Below, piece after piece: positions 18,731-27,862 of a stretch of 64,000 nt of DNA. The translations under genes were made by a program, and so were the position numbers. Location: positions 7,509-71,508 of the forward strand of contig JAZOUW010000030.1 in NCBI GenBank assembly GCA_045658385.1, read 5' to 3'. This DNA comes from Faecousia sp. (GTDB lineage Bacteria; Bacillota; Clostridia; Oscillospirales; Oscillospiraceae). The number at the start of each line of letters is the position of its first letter. The first letter of the stretch is position 1. A model generated the notes under the pieces. The model searched no databases. It was given only the letters and a program-made list of their open reading frames with translations, and was not told the origin of the DNA.

Positions 18731-19737
18731 TGGAATACAGAGTACTTGGAAAAACAAATTTGAAGATATCCCGCTTGGGTTTTGGAGGAATTCCCATTCA
18801 GCGCATTGATGCCGAGGGAACAAAAGAAATCTTACTGAAGCTTCGGGAGGCTGGGGTTAATTATATTGATACCGCTAGAGGCTATTCCGTCAGCGAGGAG
18901 TACATTGGCTATGCGATTGAGGGAATCCGGGAGGATTTTATTCTGGCAACGAAAAGCATGGCCCGGTCCAAAGAGACAATGGCTGCAGATATTGATTTGA
19001 GTTTGAAACTGCTGCGTACCGATTATATTGATTTGTACCAAATTCACAATCCTTCTCCGGAGGATTTGGAACAGGTACTTGCTCCGGGTGGCGCGCTGGA
19101 AGCTTTGCGTGAAGCGAAGACAGCGGGGAAGATAGGTCACATCGGCATTACCTTGCATACTGCCCCAATGTTTGAAAAGGCTGTGGAGCTTGATTGGGTG
19201 GAAACCATCATGTTCCCATATAACCTTATTGAAACGCAAGGGGAAAAGATGATACATATCTGCTCGGAAAAGAACATCGGTTTTATTTGCATGAAGCCTC
19301 TTGCTGGCGGCGCGATTGACGATGCGCCCTTGGCACTGAAGTTCATTCTGAACAACCCGGATGTTACTGTGGTGATTCCCGGTATGGCCAGCCTTGCAGA
19401 GGTGGATCAAAATGTGCAGGCTTCCAACAATGTAGACAAGCTGACAAAGGAAGATTTTAAGAAGATCGATGAGATTCGAACTTCTCTTGGTACAGAGTTT
19501 TGCCGTCGTTGCAACTACTGTAATCCCTGCACGGTGGGTATCACAATTTATTGCCAGTTCCTCTTTGAAGGTTACTACAACCGCTATAATCTGAAGGAAT
19601 GGTCTACGGAGCGTTATAATGCCCAGGCTAAGAAGGCCTCGGATTGTATTGGCTGCGGTGTTTGCGAAGAACGTTGCCCCTATAATCTGCCCATTCGGGA
19701 TATGATGAAACGAGTAGCAAAACTTTTTGAAGGATAG
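18727..19737 (+). CDS. Aldo/keto reductase with C-terminal 4Fe-4S dicluster domain
   Basis: YRVLGKT, GFGGIP, IDTARGY, LATK, DYIDLYQIH; C-terminal CRRCNYCNPC and CIGCGVCEERCP. Confidence 0.9.
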   Translation: MMEYRVLGKTNLKISRLGFGGIPIQRIDAEGTKEILLKLREAGVNYIDTARGYSVSEEYIGYAIEGIREDFILATKSMARSKETMAADIDLSLKLLRTDYIDLYQIHNPSPEDLEQVLAPGGALEALREAKTAGKIGHIGITLHTAPMFEKAVELDWVETIMFPYNLIETQGEKMIHICSEKNIGFICMKPLAGGAIDDAPLALKFILNNPDVTVVIPGMASLAEVDQNVQASNNVDKLTKEDFKKIDEIRTSLGTEFCRRCNYCNPCTVGITIYCQFLFEGYYNRYNLKEWSTERYNAQAKKASDCIGCGVCEERCPYNLPIRDMMKRVAKLFEG

Positions 19738-19741
19738 ACTG

Positions 19742-19764
19742 AGGAGCAGGCAATGCCTGCTCCT
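19742..19764 (+). terminator. Intrinsic terminator
   Basis: AGGAGCAGGC-aat-GCCTGCTCCT then T-rich sequence. Confidence 0.75.
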
Positions 19765-19777
19765 TATTATATTCTTC

Positions 19778-19806
19778 TTGCATTGGAAAATCCTGTGTGG
19801 TAGAAT
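19778..19806 (+). promoter_or_regulatory. sigma-A promoter of OTase-like/LRR cassette
   Basis: TTGCAT-17bp-TAGAAT with extended -10 TG. Confidence 0.65.
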
Positions 19807-19860
19807 GTGGTTAATATATGAGGAGGGTTGCCCGCGGGCATTCCTTTGTAGGTGAGAAGA

Positions 19861-21477
19861 ATGAAAAAGAAGGATTACCCGGCGCAAATCAGGAAGGATA
19901 TTACAAAAGTATCCCAATGGTTTTTGAGCCTTTTTTTGGTGATATTTCCCTTGGCCGTTATTGATTACGGCAATATCACCGCAACAAAGTATATTACATT
20001 TTTGGCGCTGGCCGGTGTGTTTTTCTTTGCCTGCCTTTTTTCCTTTGGCGGCACACTGCTGGACGGCTACCGACCGGTTATAAGGTTGGAAAAGTCCTTT
20101 TTCAAAAAGCCGGAGTTCTTCCTTCTGTTGTATGTCCTTGCCGGGGTGCTTTCTTTTGTGTTTTCTCCTTATAAGGACCTGAAGAACAACAGCGGACAGG
20201 CGGTGTTTTGGTTTGGCTCCGGTAGATACGACGGCTTTATTCTGCTGGTGATGTATGCTGCGCTGTTTTATCTTTTGAGCAATTTCGGTAATTTCGAGAA
20301 AGGGCACATTCTGTTGATCGGCATTGTTACCATTGCAATGTGCATTGTTGCCGTTGTGCAACTTTGCGGTGTGAATGTTTTTGCGTTATATCCTAAGTTT
20401 AACGGAAAGATCACAAAGTTCATTTCTACCATCGGCAACATTGATATGTTCTCCGGCCTTATGTGCGTGTTTATCCCCATTGTCGTTACGGCGTATCTGG
20501 TTTTGGACAATTCAAAAATCGCCAACATTGCGTTGCTGACAGCGCAGGTGCTTTCCATATACACGGTTTTGGAATTGGGAGTAAGTTCCGGAAAACTGGC
20601 ATTGTTTGTTACGATGCTTATTCTCCTGCCGTTTATGTTCCGGGATGAGAAACGACTGTTTAAATTGGCAGATTTTATGGCTGTACTGGCCTTTACGCTG
20701 TTTTTACATCGATTTATTGAATACAAATATATAAAGGCTCTTGAAAAAACGCAAATACAAATTGTATTTGACAGTGTGTCCGGTATACTGTTGCTGCTGG
20801 GCGCGGTGCTGCTGGCGATCCGGTGCATATTGCACAGGCTTTATACGCGCCGGAAGCTAACAGTTCCGGTCCTTCGTGGGATCACCATTGGGGAAATTGT
20901 CATTCCGGCCTTGCTGATCGCAGCTATCAGCTTTTCTCTGATTCCCATTGGCGCAGAAGGGGAATTGGGTAAACTCAATTTGGATATTATTGGCGGCGCA
21001 AGCTTACAAGAGGAGATCGCGGATCTTTTCGCCGGTAAGCTGACCGATGCCTCCGGTACATACAGAATTGGCATTTGGCGAAATGCCTTGCAGATGGGTT
21101 TGAAACGACCTGTATTTGGCACCGGCATCGGCACTTTTTTAGAGGCCTTTAAAACCTATGCTGACAAAGCGGGTTTGACCGAGCGGTTGGGTCTGATCGA
21201 CACCGCCCATAATGAATACCTGCAGCTGTTTTGCACCGTGGGTCTTTTCGGTCTCGTGCCGTATTTGATCTTTTTGGTGCTTTTGGCGGTCAAGAGCTTT
21301 CGTCGTATTTTCAAAGACCCTTATGTACTTATTTTAGGGGCGGCAGTGCTTTGCTACTGCGTGCAGGCGTTCTTTAGTTTTAGTGTTGTAATTATAGCGC
21401 CATATTTTTGGATTTGTATGGGCCTACTAAATAGCAGAATCAAACAAGGAGAGATGAAAAATGACAAACAGCAGTAA
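19861..21477 (+). CDS. O-antigen ligase / O-oligosaccharyltransferase (Wzy_C) family membrane protein
   Basis: About 13 hydrophobic segments; STIGN; SGTYRIGIWRNAL..GLKRPVFGTGIGTF and DTAHNEYLQ motifs. Confidence 0.85.
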   Translation: MKKKDYPAQIRKDITKVSQWFLSLFLVIFPLAVIDYGNITATKYITFLALAGVFFFACLFSFGGTLLDGYRPVIRLEKSFFKKPEFFLLLYVLAGVLSFVFSPYKDLKNNSGQAVFWFGSGRYDGFILLVMYAALFYLLSNFGNFEKGHILLIGIVTIAMCIVAVVQLCGVNVFALYPKFNGKITKFISTIGNIDMFSGLMCVFIPIVVTAYLVLDNSKIANIALLTAQVLSIYTVLELGVSSGKLALFVTMLILLPFMFRDEKRLFKLADFMAVLAFTLFLHRFIEYKYIKALEKTQIQIVFDSVSGILLLLGAVLLAIRCILHRLYTRRKLTVPVLRGITIGEIVIPALLIAAISFSLIPIGAEGELGKLNLDIIGGASLQEEIADLFAGKLTDASGTYRIGIWRNALQMGLKRPVFGTGIGTFLEAFKTYADKAGLTERLGLIDTAHNEYLQLFCTVGLFGLVPYLIFLVLLAVKSFRRIFKDPYVLILGAAVLCYCVQAFFSFSVVIIAPYFWICMGLLNSRIKQGEMKNDKQQ

Positions 21478-24400
21478 AAGAATGTTGGCTTTGTTGCTGG
21501 CGGTGGTAATTACCGTTGCTATGTTCCCGGTGACCGCATCCGCAGCAACAGTTTCCGGTGGGGATGCCTATAGCGGCAGCTATCAGTCTTATTGTACTGC
21601 CACCGATTACTATGGTCAGGTGAATTGGAACTTCGACAAGGATACCGGAACGCTGACCATCAGCGGCACCGGCAGTACGAACAAAGCATACGATGGCTCC
21701 TACGAGCAACCATGGAATGTTTTTCGAAATGCCATTCAAACGGTGACCATCAAAGAAGGCATTACCAACATTGGTGCCCTCGAGTTCAAAGGCTACAGCA
21801 ACCTGACTAGCGTAACGATTCCGGATAGCGTAACCAGAATTGGTTATCGTGCTTTTCAATCCTGCACCAAGCTTAAAGACGTGATTTTGGGTAACGGTGT
21901 AACATTGATTGAAGAGTATGCGTTTTATAACTGCGACAGCCTGACTTCCATTTCCATTCCGGATAGTGTAACATCCGTTGGTTATAATGCCTTCTATAGC
22001 TGTGATCGGCTTCAATATAATGTCTATAATAATGCAAAATATCTTGGCAATAGTAAAAATCCTTATATGGTATTAGTAAAGGCAAGCTCTACCTCAATTA
22101 CCTCGTGTGATATTTATAATGACGCAAAAATTATATGTGATTCCGCATTCTATAACTGCAGCAAACTGACCAGCATTACCATCCCGGACAGTGTCACCAC
22201 CATTGGCTATTCTGCGTTCCGTTCCTGCGATAGTCTGACCAGTGTGACCATCGGTGACGGAGTCACCACCATTGGCGACTATGCGTTCTATTCCTGCGAA
22301 AACCTGGCCAGCGTGACCATCGGTGACGGCGTAACCACCATTGGCTATTCTGCGTTCTATTATTGCCGCAAACTGACCAATATTACCGTTCCGGAGGGCG
22401 TCACCACTATTGGCGATTATGCGTTCTATTACTGCCGCAAACTGACCAATATTACCATTCCGGACAGTATTACCTACATTGGTGATTCCGCATTCTATCG
22501 CTGTAATAACTTAGAATACAACAATGATAATAATGTAAGATATCTGGGTAACAACAATAACCCATATGTGTTGTTGGTATATGCTACAGGAACGGATTTT
22601 ACTACTTATGAAATTCCGGACGGAACAAAGGTTATCTATGATTCTGCGTTCCGGAGCTGCTACGACCTGACCAGCATCACCATCCCTGACAGCGTTACCA
22701 CCATTGGCGATGGTGCGTTCTCTGGGTGCGAAAGCCTGAAGAGCATCACCATTCCGGACGGTGTCACCGCCATTAGCAGTGGTGCGTTCCGTTACTGCGT
22801 CAGCCTGACCAGCATCACCATTCCGGACAGCGTTACCACCATTGGCGAGGATGCGTTTTACTGCTGCTACCAGCTGAAAGATGTGTATATTACCGACCCC
22901 AGCGCATGGTGTACAATTGCTTTTGACAGTTCTTATGGCAATCCAATGTATTATGCAGATAGTGTGCATATCTTGGATGCAGATGGAAAGGAAGTTACCA
23001 GGGTTATTCTGGATAATACTGTGACAGAGATTCCTCGCGGAGCATTTAGTAACTGCGACAGCCTGGAGAGCATCACCATCCCGGATAGTGTCACGCGTAT
23101 TGCCTATTATGCTTTTTCCGGCTGTGATGGATTAACCAACATTGATATCCCGAAAAGTGTGACTTCCATTGATTTGGACGTATTTTCTGATTGCAACAAT
23201 CTGCTCAGTTTCTCGGTGGATAAGAACAATCCGAATTATGCCAGTGAGGGCGGCGCACTGTTTAATAAGGATAAGACCGTTTTGCTGACAGTTCCCGGCG
23301 CAACAGTGGACTACATTGTGCCTCAGGGCGTTACGACCATTAATTCTTACGCCTTCTCCAGTAATTATGTCGACGACTACGATAGAACGGGATGGCGCAG
23401 TGTGAGCATTCCCACCAGTGTGACTACCATCAAGGATTTGCCACCCAGTTATTATAGTGGTATTAAAATCTATTATACAGGCACGGAGAGCCAGTGGAAA
23501 TCCATTGAAGGCGTTTACGGCAATGAAAACGTTGAGTATAACCATACCCACGATTATTCCCTGTTTCCGGCAAAGCCGGTGGCGGCGACTTGCACTGCAT
23601 ACGGTTACACCGAGCGCACCTGCGCCTACGGCGAAACCTTCCGGCAGGTGACGGCTGCAGCCCTGGGACATGACTATTCCGGAACGGTAACCGTTGTGCC
23701 CTCTACCTGTGAAGCGCAAGGTTATACCCAGACGCAGTGCATCCGCTGCGATGCGGTGAACAAGACTGATTATGTGGACTCTTTGGGCCACAAGATGGTA
23801 GCAATGGCCGCTAAGAAAGCTACCTGTACGGAAGACGGCAATACAGCAGGCGTTGCATGCGAACGGTGCAAGAAGGCCGGCGCAAACTTCGCCCTTTTGC
23901 CGGCTACCGGACATAGCGACGAGAATGTGGACGGCATTTGCGATTCCTGCAATGTGGAAATCAAGAGCGACATTGCGCTAAATGAACAAAAACAGATTCA
24001 AGGGTCTTATGATATCACATATCTGCTGTTTGTTCCCCAGCGGTCCGGCAACTATACCTTTACGTCCATTTCCAATCGTGATACCAAGGGATACATTTTC
24101 GATGCGAAAAAAGCGCAACTGTATTACAATGACAATAGTGGTGATGATAACAACTTCTCCATTACATGCCATTTGACAGCGGGCAAGATCTATTATTTGG
24201 GCGCTCGATTGTGGGATGGCTCCGGCTCTTTCAATGTCAAAATCACCTACGAGGGTAATAGCTGCAAGCACGCGAACTGGGAGTTCTTTGATCAGCAGGA
24301 GCCCACCTGCACAAAGGTTGGTTATACCGCCGGAGTGTACTGTACCGACTGTAAGGAGTGGGCGGCCGGACACCGGAAAATTGTTGCCAAGGGTCACAGC

Positions 24401-25150
24401 TATGCAAAGGCTACCTGCACCAAGGCGAAGACCTGTATAAACTGTAACGCAACAGAGGGTAAGGCAGCAGGCCACAAATATACCAACGACTGTGACACCG
24501 CTTGTGATACTTGCGGCGCAAAGCGTACCATAAAGCACAATTACCAGACCAAGACCACCAAGGCGACGACAAAGGCCAACGGTAAGATCGTTAAGTCTTG
24601 TAAGGTATGCGCAAATGTGGCTTCTACCACAACGATCTACCAGATCAAATCTGTGACCCTTTCTACCACTAAGTATACTTACAGCGGAAAGAAGAAAACA
24701 CCTTCCGTAACGGTCAAGGACTCTAAGGGTAAGACACTGAAAAAGGATACGGACTATACTGTAAGCTATGCTTCCGGCAGAACGAATGTGGGTACATACA
24801 CAGTGGCGGTAACCTTCAAGGGCAACTATTCCGGAAGCCAGGCACTGTCCTTTACCATCGTGCCCAAGGCTCCCAGCATCAACAAGCTCACCGGCAAATC
24901 CAAGTCTATCGAGGTCAAGCTGAACAAGCAGACCACCCAGACCAGCGGCTATGAGATTGAATACAGCACTTCTAAGAGCTTTAAATCCTCCAAGAAAACT
25001 ACGATCTCCAGCAACAAGACCACTAAGAAGACCATTAAGAGTCTGAAGAAGAAAACCAAATACTATGTACGCGTCCGCGCATACAAGACTGTCAGTGGTA
25101 AGAAGATCTATTCCAGCTGGTCCGGCTACAAGTCCGTAAAGACAAAATAA
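21461..25150 (+). CDS. Secreted BspA-type (LRR_5) surface protein with Cys/His-rich repeats and basic C-terminal Ig/FN3 domains
   Basis: Signal peptide (KRMLALLLAVV...ASAA); many LTSITIPDSVTTIGxxAFxxCxx repeats; ATCTxxG...C..C...GH repeats; YYVRVRAYK...YSSWS FN3 tail. Confidence 0.9.
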   Translation: MTNSSKRMLALLLAVVITVAMFPVTASAATVSGGDAYSGSYQSYCTATDYYGQVNWNFDKDTGTLTISGTGSTNKAYDGSYEQPWNVFRNAIQTVTIKEGITNIGALEFKGYSNLTSVTIPDSVTRIGYRAFQSCTKLKDVILGNGVTLIEEYAFYNCDSLTSISIPDSVTSVGYNAFYSCDRLQYNVYNNAKYLGNSKNPYMVLVKASSTSITSCDIYNDAKIICDSAFYNCSKLTSITIPDSVTTIGYSAFRSCDSLTSVTIGDGVTTIGDYAFYSCENLASVTIGDGVTTIGYSAFYYCRKLTNITVPEGVTTIGDYAFYYCRKLTNITIPDSITYIGDSAFYRCNNLEYNNDNNVRYLGNNNNPYVLLVYATGTDFTTYEIPDGTKVIYDSAFRSCYDLTSITIPDSVTTIGDGAFSGCESLKSITIPDGVTAISSGAFRYCVSLTSITIPDSVTTIGEDAFYCCYQLKDVYITDPSAWCTIAFDSSYGNPMYYADSVHILDADGKEVTRVILDNTVTEIPRGAFSNCDSLESITIPDSVTRIAYYAFSGCDGLTNIDIPKSVTSIDLDVFSDCNNLLSFSVDKNNPNYASEGGALFNKDKTVLLTVPGATVDYIVPQGVTTINSYAFSSNYVDDYDRTGWRSVSIPTSVTTIKDLPPSYYSGIKIYYTGTESQWKSIEGVYGNENVEYNHTHDYSLFPAKPVAATCTAYGYTERTCAYGETFRQVTAAALGHDYSGTVTVVPSTCEAQGYTQTQCIRCDAVNKTDYVDSLGHKMVAMAAKKATCTEDGNTAGVACERCKKAGANFALLPATGHSDENVDGICDSCNVEIKSDIALNEQKQIQGSYDITYLLFVPQRSGNYTFTSISNRDTKGYIFDAKKAQLYYNDNSGDDNNFSITCHLTAGKIYYLGARLWDGSGSFNVKITYEGNSCKHANWEFFDQQEPTCTKVGYTAGVYCTDCKEWAAGHRKIVAKGHSYAKATCTKAKTCINCNATEGKAAGHKYTNDCDTACDTCGAKRTIKHNYQTKTTKATTKANGKIVKSCKVCANVASTTTIYQIKSVTLSTTKYTYSGKKKTPSVTVKDSKGKTLKKDTDYTVSYASGRTNVGTYTVAVTFKGNYSGSQALSFTIVPKAPSINKLTGKSKSIEVKLNKQTTQTSGYEIEYSTSKSFKSSKKTTISSNKTTKKTIKSLKKKTKYYVRVRAYKTVSGKKIYSSWSGYKSVKTK
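22166..22510 (+). repeat. Five tandem 69-bp LRR-coding repeats
   Basis: Framework CTGACCAGC..ACCATC....GTCACCACCATTGGC nnnnnn GCGTTC nnnnnn TGC nnnnnn at 69-bp period. Confidence 0.9.
22667..22873 (+). repeat. Three tandem 69-bp LRR-coding repeats
   Basis: Same framework as 22166-22510. Confidence 0.88.
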
Positions 25151-25152
25151 GC

Positions 25153-25186
25153 AAAAAGAGCAGGTGGTGTTCCACCTGCTCTTTTT
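25153..25186. terminator. Bidirectional intrinsic terminator
   Basis: AAAAAGAGCAGGTGG-tgtt-CCACCTGCTCTTTTT. A second hairpin GCGGCGCA...TGCGCCGC at ~25217-25240 follows glnS. Confidence 0.85.
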
Positions 25187-25246
25187 CTGCATAGAAAAGC
25201 ATATGAAAATGTAATTGCGGCGCACCTTTCGATGCGCCGCAAAAGC

Positions 25247-26926
25247 TTATTTTGTGGGTTTGAAGCTGTCCTTCAAGCCGACGGAGCGATTGAATACCAG
25301 ATGCTCGGGGGAGGAGTCCTTGCTGTCCGGGCAGAAATAGCCAATGCGCATAAACTGATAGGACGCGGGAGCCTTGGCATCCTTCAGACTAAGCTCAACC
25401 TTGCAGCCGGTGAGAATCTCCAGGGAGTTGGGGTTCAGACAGGCGAGGAAATCCTTGCCTGCAGCGTCAGGATCTGCGTCATCAAACAGATTGCTATACT
25501 GACGGACTTCTGCCTCTGCGCAATTGTTGGCATCTACCCAGTGGATGGTAGCGCCCTTGACCTTGCGTGCATCTGCAGGATCTCCACCATGGGAATCCGG
25601 ATCGTAAGTGGCAAGTACCTCGGTGATGTTACCGTTCTCGTCGGTATTATATCCGGTACAGGTGACCAGATATGCGCCTTTTAAACGACACTCCGGTCCA
25701 TTGGGATAGAGCCGCTTGTATTTGGGTACAGGCTCCGCAAGGAAGTCGTCAGCTTCGATCCAAAGATTCCGGGAGAAGCTGACCTGCCGCGTACCGGCAT
25801 TGGGGTCATTGGGGTTATTTTCCACTTCGACCAGTTCGGATTTGCCTTCCGGATAGTTAGTGATAGTCAGCTTGATCGGTTTCAGAACAGCCATAACGCG
25901 TTTGGCTGTTTCGTTCAAATCTTCGCGCAGGCAGTACTCCAGGAAAGCGTATTCGATAGTGTTGGGTGATTTGGCAACGCCAACCCGGTCGCAGAAGTTG
26001 CGAATGGCTCTGGGCGTATAACCACGGCGGCGCAAACCGCAAAGCGTCGGCATCCGCGGGTCATCCCAACCGGAAACATAGCCGTTTTCTACCAAGGCTC
26101 TTAACTTGCGCTTGGAAAGCACCGTGTGATCGATACCCAACCGGGCAAACTCAATCTGGCGGGGTTTGTGGGGTACGGACACATTTTCCACAACCCAATT
26201 ATAAAGAGGACGGTGATTCTCAAATTCCAAAGAGCAAAGGCTGTGGGTAATGCCTTCCAAAGCATCCTGAATGGGGTGAGCAAAGTCATACATAGGATAA
26301 ATGCACCATTTGTCTCCCTGACGGTGGTGGTGCATGTGACGAATACGGTAAATAACCGGGTCGCGCATATTGAAATTGCCGGAGGCGAGGTCAATTTTGG
26401 CCCGCAAGGTGTATTTATTATCCTCAAATTCACCGGCACGCATCCGGGCAAATAAGTCAAGGCTTTCTTCAATAGGCCGATCCCGGAAGGGTGAGATTGC
26501 GGGAGTATTCAAATCACCCCTGTATTCCTTGAACTGTTCCGGTGTCAATTCGCAGACATAGGCAAGACCTTTTTTGATCAGTTCAACGGCAAATTCATAG
26601 TCTTTTTCGAAGTAGTCAGAGCCGAAATAGAACCGGTCGCCCCAGTCAAAACCCAACCAGCGAATGTCTTCCTGAATTGCGTCTACAAACTCCACATCTT
26701 CCTTGGTGGGGTTGGTATCATCCATACGCAGATTGCACAGACCGCCAAATTTTTCGGCAGTGCCGAAGTCGATGATCAGCGCCTTGCAGTGACCGATATG
26801 CAGGTAGCCGTTAGGTTCAGGAGGGAACCGGGTATGGACAGTCTGACCTGCATACGCGCCACCTTCTGCAATGTCTTCTTCAATAAAGGCGTGGATGAAA
26901 TTTTTACTCTCTGTGATTTCAGCCAT
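25247..26926 (-). CDS. glnS: Glutamine--tRNA ligase
   Basis: NFIHAFIEED, TRFPPEPNGYLHIGH, DDTNP, CIYPMYDFAH, LSKRKL, GWDDPRMPT, FNRSVGLKD. The second ATG fits RBS spacing. Confidence 0.96.
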   Translation of the reverse strand: MAEITESKNFIHAFIEEDIAEGGAYAGQTVHTRFPPEPNGYLHIGHCKALIIDFGTAEKFGGLCNLRMDDTNPTKEDVEFVDAIQEDIRWLGFDWGDRFYFGSDYFEKDYEFAVELIKKGLAYVCELTPEQFKEYRGDLNTPAISPFRDRPIEESLDLFARMRAGEFEDNKYTLRAKIDLASGNFNMRDPVIYRIRHMHHHRQGDKWCIYPMYDFAHPIQDALEGITHSLCSLEFENHRPLYNWVVENVSVPHKPRQIEFARLGIDHTVLSKRKLRALVENGYVSGWDDPRMPTLCGLRRRGYTPRAIRNFCDRVGVAKSPNTIEYAFLEYCLREDLNETAKRVMAVLKPIKLTITNYPEGKSELVEVENNPNDPNAGTRQVSFSRNLWIEADDFLAEPVPKYKRLYPNGPECRLKGAYLVTCTGYNTDENGNITEVLATYDPDSHGGDPADARKVKGATIHWVDANNCAEAEVRQYSNLFDDADPDAAGKDFLACLNPNSLEILTGCKVELSLKDAKAPASYQFMRIGYFCPDSKDSSPEHLVFNRSVGLKDSFKPTK

Positions 26927-26960
26927 TTTTGCCATCCTCTCTTTTGGAAAATTTGGAAAT

Positions 26961-26989
26961 ATTATAACCGATTGCCATTATTTTTGCAA
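26961..26989 (-). promoter_or_regulatory. sigma-A promoter of glnS
   Basis: TTGCAA-17bp-TATAAT on the minus strand; leader too short for a T-box. Confidence 0.7.
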
Positions 26990-27079
26990 CCAAAATCAAG
27001 AATATTCTCTTTGAGAAAAAAAGAAATGACTTGATTTTTAATTTTTCTAAAAGAATTTTATAAGTTTTATAAATTGTTG

Positions 27080-27108
27080 TTGTCAATTTGCGAGAATTAT
27101 TATAAAAT
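27080..27108 (+). promoter_or_regulatory. sigma-A promoter of pyrH operon
   Basis: TTGTCA-17bp-TAAAAT. Confidence 0.6.
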
Positions 27109-27136
27109 AGGTGGTAATAGGAAGGAGTGATTTGCC

Positions 27137-27862
27137 ATGGGCAAAATTATGTATAAACGCATTCTGCTGAAAATCAGCGGTGAAGCACTTGCCGGGGATG
27201 CGCACCGGGGTTTGGATTTTTCCGTAATCAACGCTGTATGCGAAGTGATTCGCAAGTGCCATAACGAAGGCGTCCAAATCGGCATTGTTATCGGCGGCGG
27301 TAATTTCTGGCGTGGCGTGAAGGACGGCGCTGACAAAATGCAACGTTCTCACGGCGATGCTATGGGTATGCTGGCTACGGTTATGAACTCCATTGCTGTT
27401 GCGGACGCGCTGGAAAAACACGGTATGGATGCACGGGTACTTACAGCTGTGGAAATGAACAAGTTTGCCGAGTATTTCACACGGGATACGGCGGACAGAT
27501 ATCTCAATGAAGGCAAAATCGTTATTTTTGCTGCAGGAACAGGCAATCCCTATTTCTCCACCGACACCGGTGCAGTGCTTCGGGGTGTGGAAATTGAGGC
27601 TGATGCCATTTTGATGGCAAAGAATGTGGACGGCATTTATTCAGCTGACCCCAATGTAGATCCTACCGCGGTAAAATATGATTCGCTGACTTATGACGAA
27701 GTTCTGGCTAAACATTTGAAAGCTACGGATACCACCGCTATGACGCTGGCTATGGACAATCACATGACATTAATCTGCTTTGCGTTGGCAGATCCTGAAA
27801 ACATTTTCCGCGTAGTCTGCGGTGAAAAAATTGGTACTACAGTTAAGGAGGAAGCAGTATGA
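27137..27862 (+). CDS. pyrH: UMP kinase
   Basis: YKRILLKISGEALAG, GGGNFWRG, GTGNPYFSTDT. Confidence 0.96.
   Translation: MGKIMYKRILLKISGEALAGDAHRGLDFSVINAVCEVIRKCHNEGVQIGIVIGGGNFWRGVKDGADKMQRSHGDAMGMLATVMNSIAVADALEKHGMDARVLTAVEMNKFAEYFTRDTADRYLNEGKIVIFAAGTGNPYFSTDTGAVLRGVEIEADAILMAKNVDGIYSADPNVDPTAVKYDSLTYDEVLAKHLKATDTTAMTLAMDNHMTLICFALADPENIFRVVCGEKIGTTVKEEAV

Noticed and set aside
18832-20361. 509-aa minus-strand ORF spanning the AKR and OTase-like genes
   Set aside because: It is antisense to two well-supported genes, crosses their terminator and promoter, and has no recognisable motifs; treated as a shadow ORF
22166-22873. 69-bp repeats as a CRISPR array or DGR target
   Set aside because: They are in-frame coding LRR units without unique spacers. 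No cas or reverse transcriptase gene is in the window, and the differences are not adenine-specific.
23978-25225. 415-aa minus-strand ORF (likewise 6404-7306 and 53150-54082)
   Set aside because: Antisense shadows of strongly codon-biased genes; no RBS or domain evidence
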